A program made the translations under genes and the position numbers. DNA of 60,614 bases, counting the filler, from Asterionella formosa (lineage: Eukaryota): the NCBI GenBank assembly GCA_002256025.1. It is 9 parts of 9 records of this genome, joined end to end, with 100 filler letters (N's around TTAATTAATTAA, not from the genome) between each part and the next. Parts side by side here need not be neighbours in the genome. Positions count along the whole stretch, not along the records: positions 33,772 to 40,412 come from NKIB01012649.1; positions 40,513 to 47,147 come from NKIB01012650.1; positions 47,248 to 53,885 come from NKIB01012651.1; 6 more parts are not named here. One strand, written 5' to 3'. Within the stretch, counting starts at the first letter, position 1. The number at the start of each line of letters is the position of its first letter. Of this stretch, positions 36,858 to 50,200 are shown piece after piece. The notes below the pieces were generated by a model, which made no database searches, was not told the DNA's origin, and saw nothing but the letters and a program-made list of their open reading frames with translations.

Positions 36858-37859
36858 CTAGAGCAAAGGTAGCATGATGTATAACCTTTATTGTTTTACA
36901 TTCAAGTAATTACAATGATCCATAAAATGACATGTGCTCTGCTTCTCCACCATGGTGGAGTCTTATGTTTTGATTTCTGTTCTTGATGTAAATGATTCAA
37001 TAAGGTTTGTGCATCTAATACCATAGCTTTGTGTAATAAAATTAACATTGATTCAGAGCAATCAATCATTTCAATATTGTTAGTAAAAATATATGCATAA
37101 TTCTAAAGGGAGATTTCACTATAAGCTACATCCTAAGTATTTGCTCATATACTGTAATGGGTCAAAGTATTGGTAGAGGTCAAACTTTTTGAGATGGCAT
37201 CAGTACATAACATCTGGCAAGAAAGGCGGAGGGTAGGTTAAATGAATGGAATATGGAGTCTCAGATATATTTTCGATTTTGAATGAAAACCTTTAGTCCC
37301 TTTCTTCACTTTTTCACATGTTGATGAGGAGCTGGCGTAATTGTTGTGTTTGCAATTGCATGCTGGCGAGGTTGTGGCAGATGGGTGGGTGCTGAGAATT
37401 CTTCAGATTTATAACATAAAACAGCATACTAAAACATTTTATATTTTTGAGGACTAGGAGCCTACAAGTTCGTTTATGTAGCGCTCTGGTTAACTAGCTG
37501 TACCTCCTCCCCACCATGGTGGACTCCCTTTCAACTACTCATATGATGTCTCCAGAACTAGAAATACTCTAGGATGGTACCGCTAGACACTGCGCTACAA
37601 CGCATTATCGAAATTCCGTCAACAACAAGGCTACCCTGATTGATTTCGACGCAGACTAACAATATTCAGCTCGAGGCACAACCACCAACCAAATGAGTGT
37701 TTTCGATGGTGCACCAAAGACACCAACAGGTAGATGCTGAACAAACAAACAAACAAGAAAACAAGAACAGCAACATCTACCGTGAATGGAATTCAAAAGA
37801 AGATGGACAAGGCATTACTCTGTCACCAATTGGACGCACTCACATGCAACTGCAAACAG

Positions 37860-38240
37860 CAAATGAAGGCGACCAAAGGCAGAGGTTTGGTGAACATATC
37901 CGCCACTTGGTCTTCAGTATCAACCTACTCGATAACAATTAGATTGCGTCTGGCATGATCACGAAAATGATGATATTTATTGTTGATGTGCTAAGTCCAA
38001 GGTCGCATTTTGGGCGTGCACGAAAGCTCAAGTGTGCCGGAGTTATCCCAAAAAAGGGTACAACGCTTGGCTGGAAAGGACACCACTTTTGGATCAATAT
38101 GCCCTCTTACTTTATTCATGAATTACATAAGTGGGATGGTGTTGTGAAAGGACTGACCCAATCTGAAATATCATTCTGCCTCAGTAGTAGACAGCGCCAC
38201 TTCAGTTTGGACAATTGGGGATATGTGCATCAATTGTGAA
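37860..38240 (-). pseudogene. Ty1/copia RNase H remnant
   Basis: QTEVALSTTEAE, DNSG, PKMRP, HINNKYHHFRDH and TEDQVADMFTKPL, with stops and frameshifts. Confidence 0.75.
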
Positions 38241-38329
38241 GGGAGTAAACTCACAGATTAAATCAATAAAAACACATTCATTGGAAATAGTAAACTTACT
38301 CACAACTGCACAAATGAAATGATTCACTT

Positions 38330-39006
38330 ATCAAATGCCATCCTTTATTATCAATGAGCATATTCGGTTGATCATATTCATTTAGAAGTGTTCAAAACCA
38401 AATTACAACGGCCGGTTGTGTGATATTGGAGTCCTACAAAAATGTGGTGCTTCTAAATGGGCGTCTCCCACTTTTATTATTCCTAAAAAGGATGCAAGTG
38501 TCCGATGGGTGTCAGATTTTCGTGAACTGAATAAAGTCATCAATAACAATATATATACCCTTTACCTCAAATACAAACTATTCTCACTAAACTTGCTGTA
38601 TATGTATTCTTTACCAAATTGGCTGTGTCTATGCAATATAATACCTTCGCATTAGATGTGGAGAGTCAAATTTGTGCGTTATTTCCACTCCATTTGGTTT
38701 ATGTAAATAATTACGTCTCCATATGGGGGTGAAAAAATCAACCGATATTGCACAAGAAACTATGGAACAGGATCTTAGTGATTTAGATGATGTGGAATTT
38801 TATATTGATGATGTGGGTTGGTTTTTCAATGAATTTTACGGATCACCTTCATTTATTGGTCACTATTTTATATCGTTTACAGGCAAATGGTTTTACAATT
38901 AATCCATCTAAGTGTGAATGGGCAATGCAAGAGACAGATTGGTTAGGCTATTGGTTAAATCCTTCTGGACTGAAACCTTGGTCTAAAAAGGTCCGAGCAT
39001 TGATTA
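38330..39006 (+). pseudogene. Ty3/gypsy reverse transcriptase remnant
   Basis: WASPTFIIPKKDASVRWVSDFRELNK, YIDD, NGFTINPSKCEWA..ETDWLGYWL. Interrupted at 39007 by a CGTCTG terminus. Confidence 0.8.
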
Positions 39007-39400
39007 CGTCTGTAAATAAAAAAACCGTTAGGCCTAACAGTTTTGCTGTAAGACCCACTGCCCCAAAAATTCTCAGTATGGCGTATTATTTTTTGATTGA
39101 TCATACAAAAAAACTGATTGATCATACAGAAATACTAATTGATCATACAAAAAACTGATTTATATCAACTAATGTTTTGGTGTTCGATCTAAAGATAGTA
39201 ATCGTGAGATCAAATCAGTTATTCATTTGGTCTCACCTTTGGAATGCTAATATCAAATAGAATTTTTAGCTTTCGATCCAACGTTCATTACTACTGATCT
39301 AACTTATTTTTCTCATTGATCAGACCTATTATCATGTTCGATCAATGATGAACACAAATCGAATTAAATGGATTGCCATTTAATACTCAAATATTCTACT
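39007..39400. mobile_element. Left terminus of a CGTCTG-family element inserted in the gypsy RT
   Basis: CGTCTGTAAATAAAAAA followed by three ATTGATCATACA repeats and further GATC motifs. Confidence 0.7.
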
Positions 39401-40283
39401 TCTGGTCACCCAAACTTTCCACTGTGCATCTAACCCTAACTCTATCAGAATGAGCACACAGTGGTCTTCAATACCTTAATTTTCACTTCCGGTAGCTATG
39501 TTTAGATCATTGCCTTTTCAAAATGAAATGAGAGAGTAAACGAAATTGATGATGCTTTATTCAAACCTCTACAATTGCGAATGGCAGCAAGTCACATTCT
39601 CCAATGTTCTTGTACAACTTTCCTGTAAGAGATAATAACAACAATGTTAGCAAAACTGTTGCATCAAGTAAGCAAGGCAGGCATCTAAACGTAGATATGT
39701 GCAACAAAACAATCACATGAACAATCCATCACTCCAATTTCCATATAAGCAGGCAATGTGCATATAACTTACCTGTGCTCTCATGGTTGATTGCTGCTTC
39801 GATTAAGAATGGTAACAAGCCACATTCTCCAAGGTTCCTGCATGATTTTGAGGAGATAACATCAATGTTAGCAAAAGTGTTGCAACAATTAAAGCATCTC
39901 CAGCCACACATGTGCCATGAACTGATGACATAAACAATCTATATAATGCACTTCACGTTCCAATCGACATAACAAGCATCAAATGAGAGTATTGTAACTT
40001 AACTATGCTCTCACTGTTGATCGATGGGTGACAGGGTAGCGTTGTTAACCCTCACATCTGCATATATGGAAAGGAAAGATGTTATTAATGTCGAAATCCT
40101 AATTAATGGACATAGACACTACAAAGCCTCTGCAGCATTGTGCACAAAGCTATTAAGTGCGGTTTCTTACCTCGTAATTAGGTTGATTTTTATCGTTCGT
40201 CCTGAGGAAGTAAAGAAACTTGAGTGGCAGCAGCGCACACGAACAGCGATACAATTTTATATTTTGCTTCCGGTCTCACACAG

Positions 40284-40412
40284 TACATCTAAGACGCGAA
40301 ATACGCCACTTTTCGAAATTTCGTCTACGTATGAGTGTTAATTATGTGGTACTTCACATGCATTAATGCCACTCTTCACGTAAAAAAGATTACTTTTAAC
40401 GGTTTCATGTGA
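40284..40412 (+). mobile_element. (T/C)ACATCTAAGACGC terminus, second copy
   Basis: TACATCTAAGACGCG...CCACTTTTCGAAATTTCGTCTA matches the reverse complement of 28451-28495. Confidence 0.55.
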
Positions 40413-40512
40413 NNNNNNNNNNNNNNNNNNNNNNNNNNNNNNNNNNNNNNNNNNNNTTAATTAATTAANNNNNNNNNNNNNNNNNNNNNNNNNNNNNNNN
40501 NNNNNNNNNNNN
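40413..40512. other. Artificial contig linker
   Basis: N44-TTAATTAATTAA-N44. Confidence 0.97.
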
Positions 40513-41970
40513 ATGGATGATTATGGCCACTTGACTCAAGGATAGGACACATAAACTCTTCTTGTCGTTTCTCCCAAAATGCTGCAGTTACACTGATATT
40601 AACTTCTTTCCTTGAATGAATCGATGTACTACCGCAATAATCATTCCAATCTGGAAATAAACTTTTGTCATACCAAGACCATGAACCCAAATATCGCATG
40701 ACTTGTTTGGATCGCTCTTCGAAAGGCGACAATAGAAATCCTGTAACAGAATGATATAATCTGAGTCGACATAAGGACAAGTCGTCACCAGATAACTTAT
40801 TATTCTTTTGTTTCTCCAGATCACTGACTTCAATGTCTGGAAAAAGAGATACCAATTGCCATCCATCAACTTTTTTCCTTCCTTCTAACGTTAAGTTTAG
40901 CATTGTCAACAAACACGGATACTCGGAATGTTTAATTTGTTTATCAATAGGTGAACCATCACTGAAAACTGCTAGGGCAACAAATAAACACCCTGTCTTC
41001 AACACTCCATTTTCTGATGCAGGAGAATTGTTGAATGCATTTTCAAACCAAGTCGCTGAAGTTTCTTCGTCATATATGCGTTCTCCACAAGTTGTAAGTT
41101 TCACTTGTGGGTGACATACAAAATGTTTTGCATGATATGATCGGAATCACGTAACAATCCTGCCATGAGCTGTACTGGTTCGAAATAATGGAGTGTACGT
41201 GGGATGATCATGCTTGAATTGTTATCAATCTGTATTTGTTTGGTCAACAGTTGACCACCAGCTAATGTTGGTGGAAATGAAAACTCCATGCGTTTTTTCA
41301 AAGTCTGGTAGGATGGAGCTTGATACTACCTTCCATCAAAATATTTCATTGCTTTTGCCTTGAACAGCCATTTCATTAGATGATCAAAGTAAACTGGTGG
41401 ACGGTAATTCTCGTTAAGGAATAACATGAGTTCTAATTCGATTGGATGCATGTTTAGGGAATTTTTACTTGGAAGTTGAAATTGAGGAGGAAGGGGCATT
41501 TACATTGCATTTTCAGGGAGAAAGCCGATGTGATCTTGGAAATCTGAATATTGCATGATCTCTGAATTCAATCCTTGGAGAGTTTTTAGTCTCAATTGTT
41601 CGTCCTTTGTGACTGAATATTGTTATAAACTGAATCGTCGCTGTCTTCATGAAATGGATGATTGTGACCACTTGATTTAAGGAAAGGACACATAATCTCT
41701 TCTTGTTGTCTACTCTCCCTACATTAACTTTTTTCCTTGTTGAATGATTCGATGCACTACCGCAATACATGGTTTCATTATGTATTCCAGGAACTCGATG
41801 TTCTTGCATGCAATGTCGACAGTGACCATATGCATAGAAAACACGGTTGCTACAATTTCGATTGTGAGACTCAGTTGGGGATTTGTTCTTCCGAAATTTG
41901 TAGCTACACAGATAACACCATTGCAATGTACGTTGCAATGTACGCAAAGACATTGCAAATTTCAAATGAT
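40513..41970 (-). pseudogene. Plavaka-type (CMC/CACTA superfamily) transposase, N-terminal half, disrupted
   Basis: ERIYDEETSATWF...ALAVFSDGSPID...EYPCLLTMLNL...RKK..GWQLVSLFP...RLRLYH matches the Plavaka catalytic region. An upstream Cys/His finger (CYLC...H..NC). Stops and frameshifts present. Confidence 0.75.
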
Positions 41971-42254
41971 GACAAAGTCAGGATATGAACAGGATAGAAT
42001 GAAAATGAATTATTAATAATAAATTTAGCATCACTCCGATCATGCTGTGCTGGACAATACAGAGTCGTGAAATTATCACTCCACCATAGTGGTAAAAATG
42101 GAGGTATACCGCTACATACACCAGTACAGGCGCCACTACTAGTAGTATAGAGCAACATCAATGTTTTCCTAGCATCTATGATATGGTTTGCGCATTTTAG
42201 AAGTCTCACACTAACTATATTTATTATGTAACTACTAAGCATGCATTGGATAAA

Positions 42255-44140
42255 TTAGTTCCATTCAAAATCAACGTCGTCATCAATGTCCCATTGATTA
42301 ATGCGTTCATTGTAATCAATATTCTTCCCAGGAACATTTGGTTGAAGTGGTTCAACATATTGATGCATATCCTCTTCACGTACATTGGGAAATGAGAAGT
42401 ATGAGTGTGGGTAGATGATTTTTGTTGTGGAAGTAGCAATTCCACTAGGGTTCCTTCCATATTCAGATCGATTCTTTTGTGAAAGTCCAGTGTAGATTTC
42501 CTTATAATAACCAAGTAAATCATCAGTCCATTGATCAGGGAGACCATTTGAAACTGAACTTTCTTCCCTCACACTTTTTTGATAAGTGGTTTCCCACCAA
42601 TGTCGACAAAATCAGTAGAATGACGAATATCTATTGTTCTCTGAAATTTCCTGCGTATCTGGATTGAAACCCAAATATTTTTGTTGCAATCGGAATTTTT
42701 CTATCAGCACCAAGAACAAGCAAAAGGCTTCTGTACATTGATCAGCGAACCAACAAAACATGATTGCAATTCACATTGTGCCCGAAGACTTAGTTGAAAT
42801 TTGGTCACACCAGATTTGTCTCCTGTTAAAAATGGTTCTCCACGGCTTGTCCTGCCTATAAAATACACTGGAGCAAGAACATCACGCCAGACTTGGTATC
42901 CTTGGCTTCCCCTGTCAATGTCCTTTGACTGCGCAAAACGATAAAGCGTGAACGCCCACCTAATAAAGTCATCAATATCCATAGTCTGGAAGTTAGCTAT
43001 ATTCTGTTAGACCAGCTGGTGGGTCATGAATTATGTTAGCATTTTAAATTCAAACATATCTGATAAGAATATATTCACCAAATCAAAACATCATGCTTTC
43101 AGAGCATCTCCCTGAAAGAAAGTACCTAAGATTCCTTTAAATTGATTATTCAATACATTCTGACATTCTCTAGCTCAACTTTTTAATGCACATGCCACCA
43201 AATGTTGATTTAATATAACCTAAACGTGCCTTGATGGTACGTTCAATGGTCTGATTCATCGGAAGTAGTGCATCAGAACCATTCCATATGAAATCGGCAC
43301 ACTCTGGGTTACTCTCCACTTCTTTGCCTAACTCCGGTTTCACTGTGTATAGCCGAGTTAGGCAGGTCCACATTGGGCAAATCAATCCTGTTTGTGATTG
43401 GAAATGCCTTTCATACTACTTGGACCAGATAGGGCGGGATGTTTGATTCTCATTTGGGACCAGGAAAAAGCACATTAGATTGATATTCTTTTTTACAGTA
43501 CCTGCAATTCGCGAACTATAACCTCAAACTTACATGTTCACAGCAAGACTTCTTGGTCTTGAAAATAAAACTCACAACCTTTGTTACAATTGATGGTTCA
43601 ATTTTTGCTAAGCGGGAATGACGTTCTGATAAGGCTGCTGAAATTGAAGATTCTTGATAACCTCGTATGGACGAGTTTTGAACCGAATTACGAACTTTGT
43701 GGTGATTGAGTTCATTGACCAATTGATAATATCCTTTGGCAAGTGTAAAATGTTTTTCCCTCAGTTTTGTCATGTACTTGTTGGTCCGTGCAATTAGAAA
43801 ATTTATGATATGGTACCATGTCGTCCATCTGCATCCGGGAGTTATTAATGTTATGATCGACAGGAGCCATTTTTCTTGTATCAACAACTGAAGAAGAAAC
43901 GTCATCATCGCTTTCAGTATCAATTACGGGAGCCTTTGTACTAGTAGCTAATGGTGTCCACATCGACGATGGGGTAGTACCCCCACTAACTCCCTGTTGC
44001 CGATTGGGTTCCTTTGGATAATCGCCTATTAGCTTTTTCTTTGTTAACTCATTTTGGTACTTGCTAATTTGTTCCATACCGGCAGTATTTGCCACATGTC
44101 GCTTGTTTCCATGAACATCTTTATGGTTTTTTGAAGACAT
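42255..44140 (-). pseudogene. Uncharacterised, probably spliced accessory ORF upstream of the Plavaka transposase
   Basis: Collinear minus-strand ORF pieces (44140-43712, 43923-43516, 43385-43170, 42982-42704, 42572-42255). A homologous fragment lies at 34260-34605. Confidence 0.5.
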
Positions 44141-44347
44141 TGCTTGTACTACTAGATAAATGTTGTCGTTCTCTTCCTTAAAGTTCGATGATCTTAAAAT
44201 CAGGTGTTGCTAGCTGCAATGAAATGAATCATCAGCCATAAAATATAACATTTTACGCTGTCTAAATATGATGCCATATAACCAACAGTGCTACTTACAT
44301 TATCATATACAAAATCAGAACCGAGTTTGAGTAATAGCATATCTTGT

Positions 44348-44797
44348 TTTCAATTATACGATTATACAATCCTAAAAATATGTTGATTTACTGTCCCGCT
44401 GCAGTAGCAGCAGTCATGAACATATGGTGTTCTGTTGCTTGCTTACTAATCCGACTACTCTCTTTCAATTTTACGATCGTACAATCCTAAAACTATGATG
44501 ATATACTGTCCCGCTGCAGTAGCAACAGTCATGAACATATGGTGTTCTATTGCTCGCTTACTACTCCGACTATCTTTTTTCAATTTTATGATCATACGAT
44601 CCTAAAATTATGATGATTTAATGTCCCGATGCAGTAGCAGCAGTCATGAACATATGGTGCTCTGTTGCTCACTTACTACTCCGACTATCCTTTTTCAATT
44701 TAATGATCATACGATCCTAAAACTATGATGATTTGCTTACTGTCCCACTGCAGTAGCAACAGTCATGAACATATGGTGTTCTGTTGCTCGCTTACTA
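44348..44797. repeat. Tandem repeat, ~115-bp unit, ~4 copies
   Basis: TGTCCC..TGCAGTAGCArCAGTCATGAACATATGGTG at about 44391, 44506, 44621 and 44740. Confidence 0.92.
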
Positions 44798-45774
44798 CCT
44801 GGTACCCCCAGTAGTATATCACTTCCTACCTGCTACTGCTGGGGGTACTACTCTGTATATATATGATAAAATGTTATTGTCGTATGATGTACCAGTACAC
44901 ATGAAGAACTCCCGCCCAAAAAAGGGGCTTAAACAATTTGCTACCAAAATCCTCGCACAGAAATAATGATACAAATGGGTTATGACTTAGTAGTACACCA
45001 ATTGAATGGTCTAAATAATTATTTCAAAGGACGTAGAAAATATTGATGCAAACAAATTTCAAAAAAACAGTACCGGTACAAGAAGACATGGAAAACAATG
45101 GACATATCGTGCATTGAATATTTTCGAATTATCTATATGTGAATATGATCATCTCAACAATACCAGACGTTCCATATTGAGAGTGCCTTTGATTTTTATA
45201 AATGTACGACACTTGATATATTCATATATTTACAAATTATATAACTATATACATGGCAAATATATTTGAAATCGTTCTGTCATGTTAACAAACAATGGCT
45301 GCTTCATGAAAAGAAATATCTTAGTAAAGCTCATGACAAGAAAGGACAGTTTACGGAATAACGAAAAACATTGTGGCTTCGACACATTGCGCCTTCGAAG
45401 GATGGATTATGTTTAAGGTAATGAAGCCATCAATGTGGTACTTGGATGAAAATCGTTGGGAGGCAGGACAACAACAAATTGTAAACTAAACGCACATTTC
45501 CTTTTTTCTCAGTTGAATCAACAGCTCGTTTCGCTTGTTGGGGAGCACAAATGTAAAACAAAACAAAATTGGTAAGTGCTCTTGTCATTGGACTTATTCA
45601 CTTCTGATAGAACGTAACTGATGGACACGCCACGTTTACCTTCTCTCAAAGTTAAGCTAACAAAAATGAATCGGTAAGTTTTATTCGGCAACATTGGAAA
45701 CCTGAAACTTACTTATTCAAGAATTTACTGACAATTTACTATAACAGACTTGCTTTAATTGCTTTGATTTGGCT

Positions 45775-46478
45775 GTGGTAAGTGAAGCAAGCAAGAGGAT
45801 ACGATGGAATGGCGTGATGTTGTGTCAGTGTAACATGTCTAGCTAATAAGTCGTTCCTTCTCATTGTTACTGTAACTGCATAGGACAATAAAACCGATCA
45901 AACAGAATAGCCGGCGAGTTCAGAATGACACTAACAGCAGGGAGAGAGATGCAACATTAGTAAGGCATTGCTTGGCACAAGATTCAGAAAAGAGGAAGAA
46001 AAGGGCAAGACAGGAACAATATACATTAAGCCGAGTAGAGAGAGAAACATTGGGTCACTGGCATGTAGAATACTAGATAGCATTGCTAAATTTGATAGTT
46101 AAATTACGATCCATTTCAATCTATTTTGAACAATGCTTGTGATTAGAATTATGATCATGTTTATGATAGATTTACGATGAAACAATTTACATGATAGCAT
46201 AGAGTTGAGCTGATTTTAGGATGTGTTGTAGTAATAATTTACATCAGGCAATCACAAGAATTGAAAATAATATGAGAAGGTTTATGATGTTGATGAGTAA
46301 TGTTGTTGATATACATTGTGTGATGATGATGTTCTTATTATCATTATACTTCAAGGTCGGTAAAAAATTAATATATCATCTTAGTTATAGGATACCTTGA
46401 TCATATCTTTGATCCAAAAAGATCATATATACGAAAATCCTGTGCCACTTATTAGCGTACCATACCCTTGATCCTATA
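45775..46478. mobile_element. Subterminal region of the CGTCTG family on the Plavaka contig, cut by a copia LTR about 25 bp before the TIR
   Basis: Homologous to 30582-31197: GTGGTAAGTGAAGCAAG, TAAATT.CGATC.ATTTCA..CTATTTT and AAAATCCTGTGCCACTT..AGCGTAC.ATACCCTTGATC. Confidence 0.75.
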
Positions 46479-46884
46479 TGTTGAAATGGTCCGTACTCCT
46501 TCCCGCAGGTTGGGTCTCTCTTCACGTAGACTCTTACGTGATCGTAGTACTACCTAGTACCACTTACTTTCTCTCTTGTCTCTGCTTCTAGCCTTCCTGC
46601 TAGATAGACTAATTGACCTTCCTGTCAATTAACACACTGTTTCCTCGGTTGATAATCTAAAACTCAAATTAAATTATAAGCTAAACTAAATGTTTCCTTT
46701 CCATGCATCTTTGCTTCCTGCAAAGTCATTCTAAGACTCTCTTCGAGTTTCCACTTAACATTTCCATAGAAATCTTCAATCTCTGATCTCGTTAGACAGC
46801 TGATTGACGTGGCAATGCAATATTCGACTCGTTCGATTACAATCGAGTCCACAATCCTTGTGACTCGGGCTAATATTCTTGACA
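46479..46884 (-). mobile_element. Copia 3' LTR (406 bp, TG...CA)
   Basis: On the minus strand the polypurine tract GGGGAGGA directly precedes TGTCAAG...TTTCAACA. Confidence 0.75.
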
Positions 46885-47147
46885 TCCTCCCCATTGCCAC
46901 GCTCAAGAGGCTGTAACATCGTTCTGAACTGGTTCGGACAATCTCGTATGAATCTGTTCCTTCACGTTCTTGGTCATAATGTCCGCGAAATTATCTTCCT
47001 TGATAACATTTTTCATATACTCCACTGCACTTGGAGTCCCACATACAATACCGTCATCCACGTAATTAACAAGTAGACCATCAATTTGTCCATCCTTGTT
47101 CCGGTGCATAAATAACATAGGGTCGATCTTGCTCTTCATCATACCTG
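46885..47147 (-). pseudogene. Internally deleted copia pol: RT YVDD segment fused to the RNase H end
   Basis: SKIDPMLF...LVNYVDDGIVCG is followed about 15 codons later by DNFADIMTKN, then the PPT. Confidence 0.7.
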
Positions 47148-47247
47148 NNNNNNNNNNNNNNNNNNNNNNNNNNNNNNNNNNNNNNNNNNNNTTAATTAAT
47201 TAANNNNNNNNNNNNNNNNNNNNNNNNNNNNNNNNNNNNNNNNNNNN
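47148..47247. other. Artificial contig linker
   Basis: N44-TTAATTAATTAA-N44. Confidence 0.97.
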
Positions 47248-50200
47248 CATCAACAGCTGAGTGATTCAGGAGAGCTTTTGCTGCTGGAGACCGATCACTA
47301 GGAAGTCTGTGAACACAAAGTTCATCAACAACAGCATGATGAGCATATTGAACCCGGCCGGAATCCCCAATATACTGGTAGATATGCGCAGTCCCCTGGA
47401 AACCAACAAAAGTCCCAAGAAGTGTATTAGAATCAGGACAATGCCGACTGGCGCGTCGATTCTTGACATGGAGTAGAGAGCCAAAAATAAAGGCCATTGA
47501 TTAATTAGGTGCATGTTTGTGGAACACTTCATGAGGGGTGCGACCATTATGGGCATCACTAGGCCAAACATTAAGAAGAAAAGTGGCATATGTGACGGCA
47601 AAACACCATAGTGAGGGATCCATTTGTGCTCCATATAAGAGACATTGAGCCGTGAGTCCAATAAGTTTAATAAAGACCTCAGCTTTTCCGTTTTGCGAGG
47701 ATGAGTACGCGCCAGTAGGCTCCACCGAGATGTGCAGCAGAGACAACTCGGTCTTGTGCGTGTGGTTAGCAAATAAATCCCCATCCATACGGATACGGCA
47801 CACACGGTTGCCAGTACGGATCTGCAAGTGTTGGATGATCCAAAGGATGAGTTTTACTGGTGTAGTGCGTGATTGACGACAGAATGTCCAACAATGATTA
47901 GAGATTGCCTCTGTGACTACTAAAAAGCATTTGAATCCACGGCAGGATTGTTTACCATAGAATCCAAAATCCATATGGATAAGACTTCCAAGAACCTTGA
48001 AAGGAGATTCAACAGTAGGACCTCTGGATAAGGAGGGTAGTTTTTCTTTGAGACAGATTGGACAGGAGAATGTGTCTGGTATAGGGACATTCAAAGGGAG
48101 ACCCATAACGCTTGTTCCATTGAGCAATAATTCCATAGCACGCCGGCCTGGGCACCCCATTCGAAGATTAATGAGATGATAAAGTCCTGATAGTTTCATG
48201 GTTTTGATAAGGTCAATAGCAGAGGTGGTAATCCCTAAAGACGGTTTATGTAAACGGACAATGATGTAGTCTGCATCATCAATGGTCAATAACTTTAAAG
48301 AATATTCTTTCCCGTTAAGAAGTTTCAACCATAACAGGTTACCTGTGCGACGAAGTCGATGATCAGCCTCATAGCCTAGGCATTTGAGAGCATGAATACC
48401 GAGGGAGCGCCGCAAATAGTGTGGCATTTCCACTGTGTTGGGAAGTGATACCTCCAGTTCAACAGTTCTATCTGATGAAATGAAACATGGATGAAGTGTG
48501 CCCATGTATCCAACTTTATCGGCGTCACCAAGTTTAGCAGTCTGGCATAGTACAGTGGAGCTCACAACATTGTGTAATTCGTTGCTCATGCAAGTGACAT
48601 TCCCATTTGCTCCAGTGACCACATGCATCAAAGTTTCACCTTCGTGGAGGTTTGCAGCAAATTCCAGACCAGTGGTGGATGAGTAAGTGGAGGAGTGCGG
48701 TAGAGAGGAAGAGATAGTATGTGTAAGAACTTTGTGTGATTCACAAATATGAGCAATGAAAGCGACCATGCCTGTGTGATAAACTGGGGAAGATGTGATA
48801 ACCTGATCATTGTCAATATCACGAGGTCCAGGGGATCTAGGAGCGAGGACATCCCAGCTGTATTGATGAGAAAATGGTGCAATGTTATGCATGTTCTCTC
48901 TCGATGTGATATGTATATCATCTATGACAGACTGAAGGTGTGTAGGCTCCGCATTCTTGTCCTCAGGCATGGTGGAAATAGCCTGAACTGTAAGGAGTTG
49001 AGTATTTGCTGGAGTGGTGTCTTGTGGACCAGAGCGACCACGAGAACCACGAGGAGGTCAAGCAGGGGTTGCATCAAACGGAGGGAGCCGAGCAATTTTA
49101 GCAGTATGTGCTTTGACAAGTAGTTCTTTTCGGTTGTCTGAGAGTCCATTGAGATGCCAACAATCGGGCGTTTTATGGTTACTACCAAAACAAATACAAC
49201 AACAGAGAGGGTCATGTTTGACACCACACCAAGGAAAGAGACATATTTGGTGAGGATTAGGAACTCTCGCGCGACGAATGGCCGAAATCATGAGCGCATG
49301 AATGGGATTGTGGTCATGAGTAGTGGTATCAGGGTGGCCTTGAAGAGCACATTCCAATGTGTATGCAATGTCAATAGTAGAGACTGAAACCACATCAGCA
49401 TGAACAGGTAGAGTGATCCCATGAGTGGAACGATGGGTGCGAGGAGTAGGTAAATATTGGAGTTGTGATTTGAGTTTGTTGTATAGACTTTCCACTTGTA
49501 ATCTCTTGGGAATATTGTTTGCCGGAAGGTGCTCTGAATACAGTCGGAGATCATTTGTTTTGATAACCCAGAGTGCAAATAATTCTTCTTGAAGATAGTG
49601 AGCATTGACTCCTAAACCATTTAAATAATGCAAGGGAATGTCCACTTTACGAAAAGTTGAATGTTCAGGGTAGAGATGCAAGAGAGCGAGCCATCGCGTA
49701 TATTGCGTATTGTAACGAGTGAGACCATCCATTGTGGTCTGATTTCAAGTAAGCGTGTATTGAGGCGCCTTTGCTGTATGATCAGAGAAACTAGGGGCTT
49801 GATTATCTCTCAGACCAGGGTGAAATAAGAGTAAAAAATCTTGAAGCACACCAAATCCATCTCCAGTTGGGCTATATTTCTCAAGTATGTCTTTAGCTTG
49901 ATCACCCTGGTGAAGTGGAAGTATGTCGCCATGGTTGGGAGCAGAATAGAGAATGTCGCTAAATCGACAATGTTCACCTTGAAAATACTGAGGAGTTGCT
50001 GTTATACCAAGTTTGGGACCAAATTTGATGCTTATTCCTTCAAGAAGCTCACCATCAATTGGAGAATCTCGGAGATCAGCATCAAAGACCATGTCAATGA
50101 CTTTTGGGAGCAAATCCATATGAAATCCTATGGAATTGAAGGCTGCGCGAAGTGTATTATACCATGCAAAGAAGTGTGCGGAATCAAGTGTAACAAGTTT

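Noticed and set aside
36945..37522. Palindrome CCACCATGGTGG occurring twice (36945-36960, 37511-37522)
   Set aside because: Too short, with no shared flanks or element boundaries to support a function.
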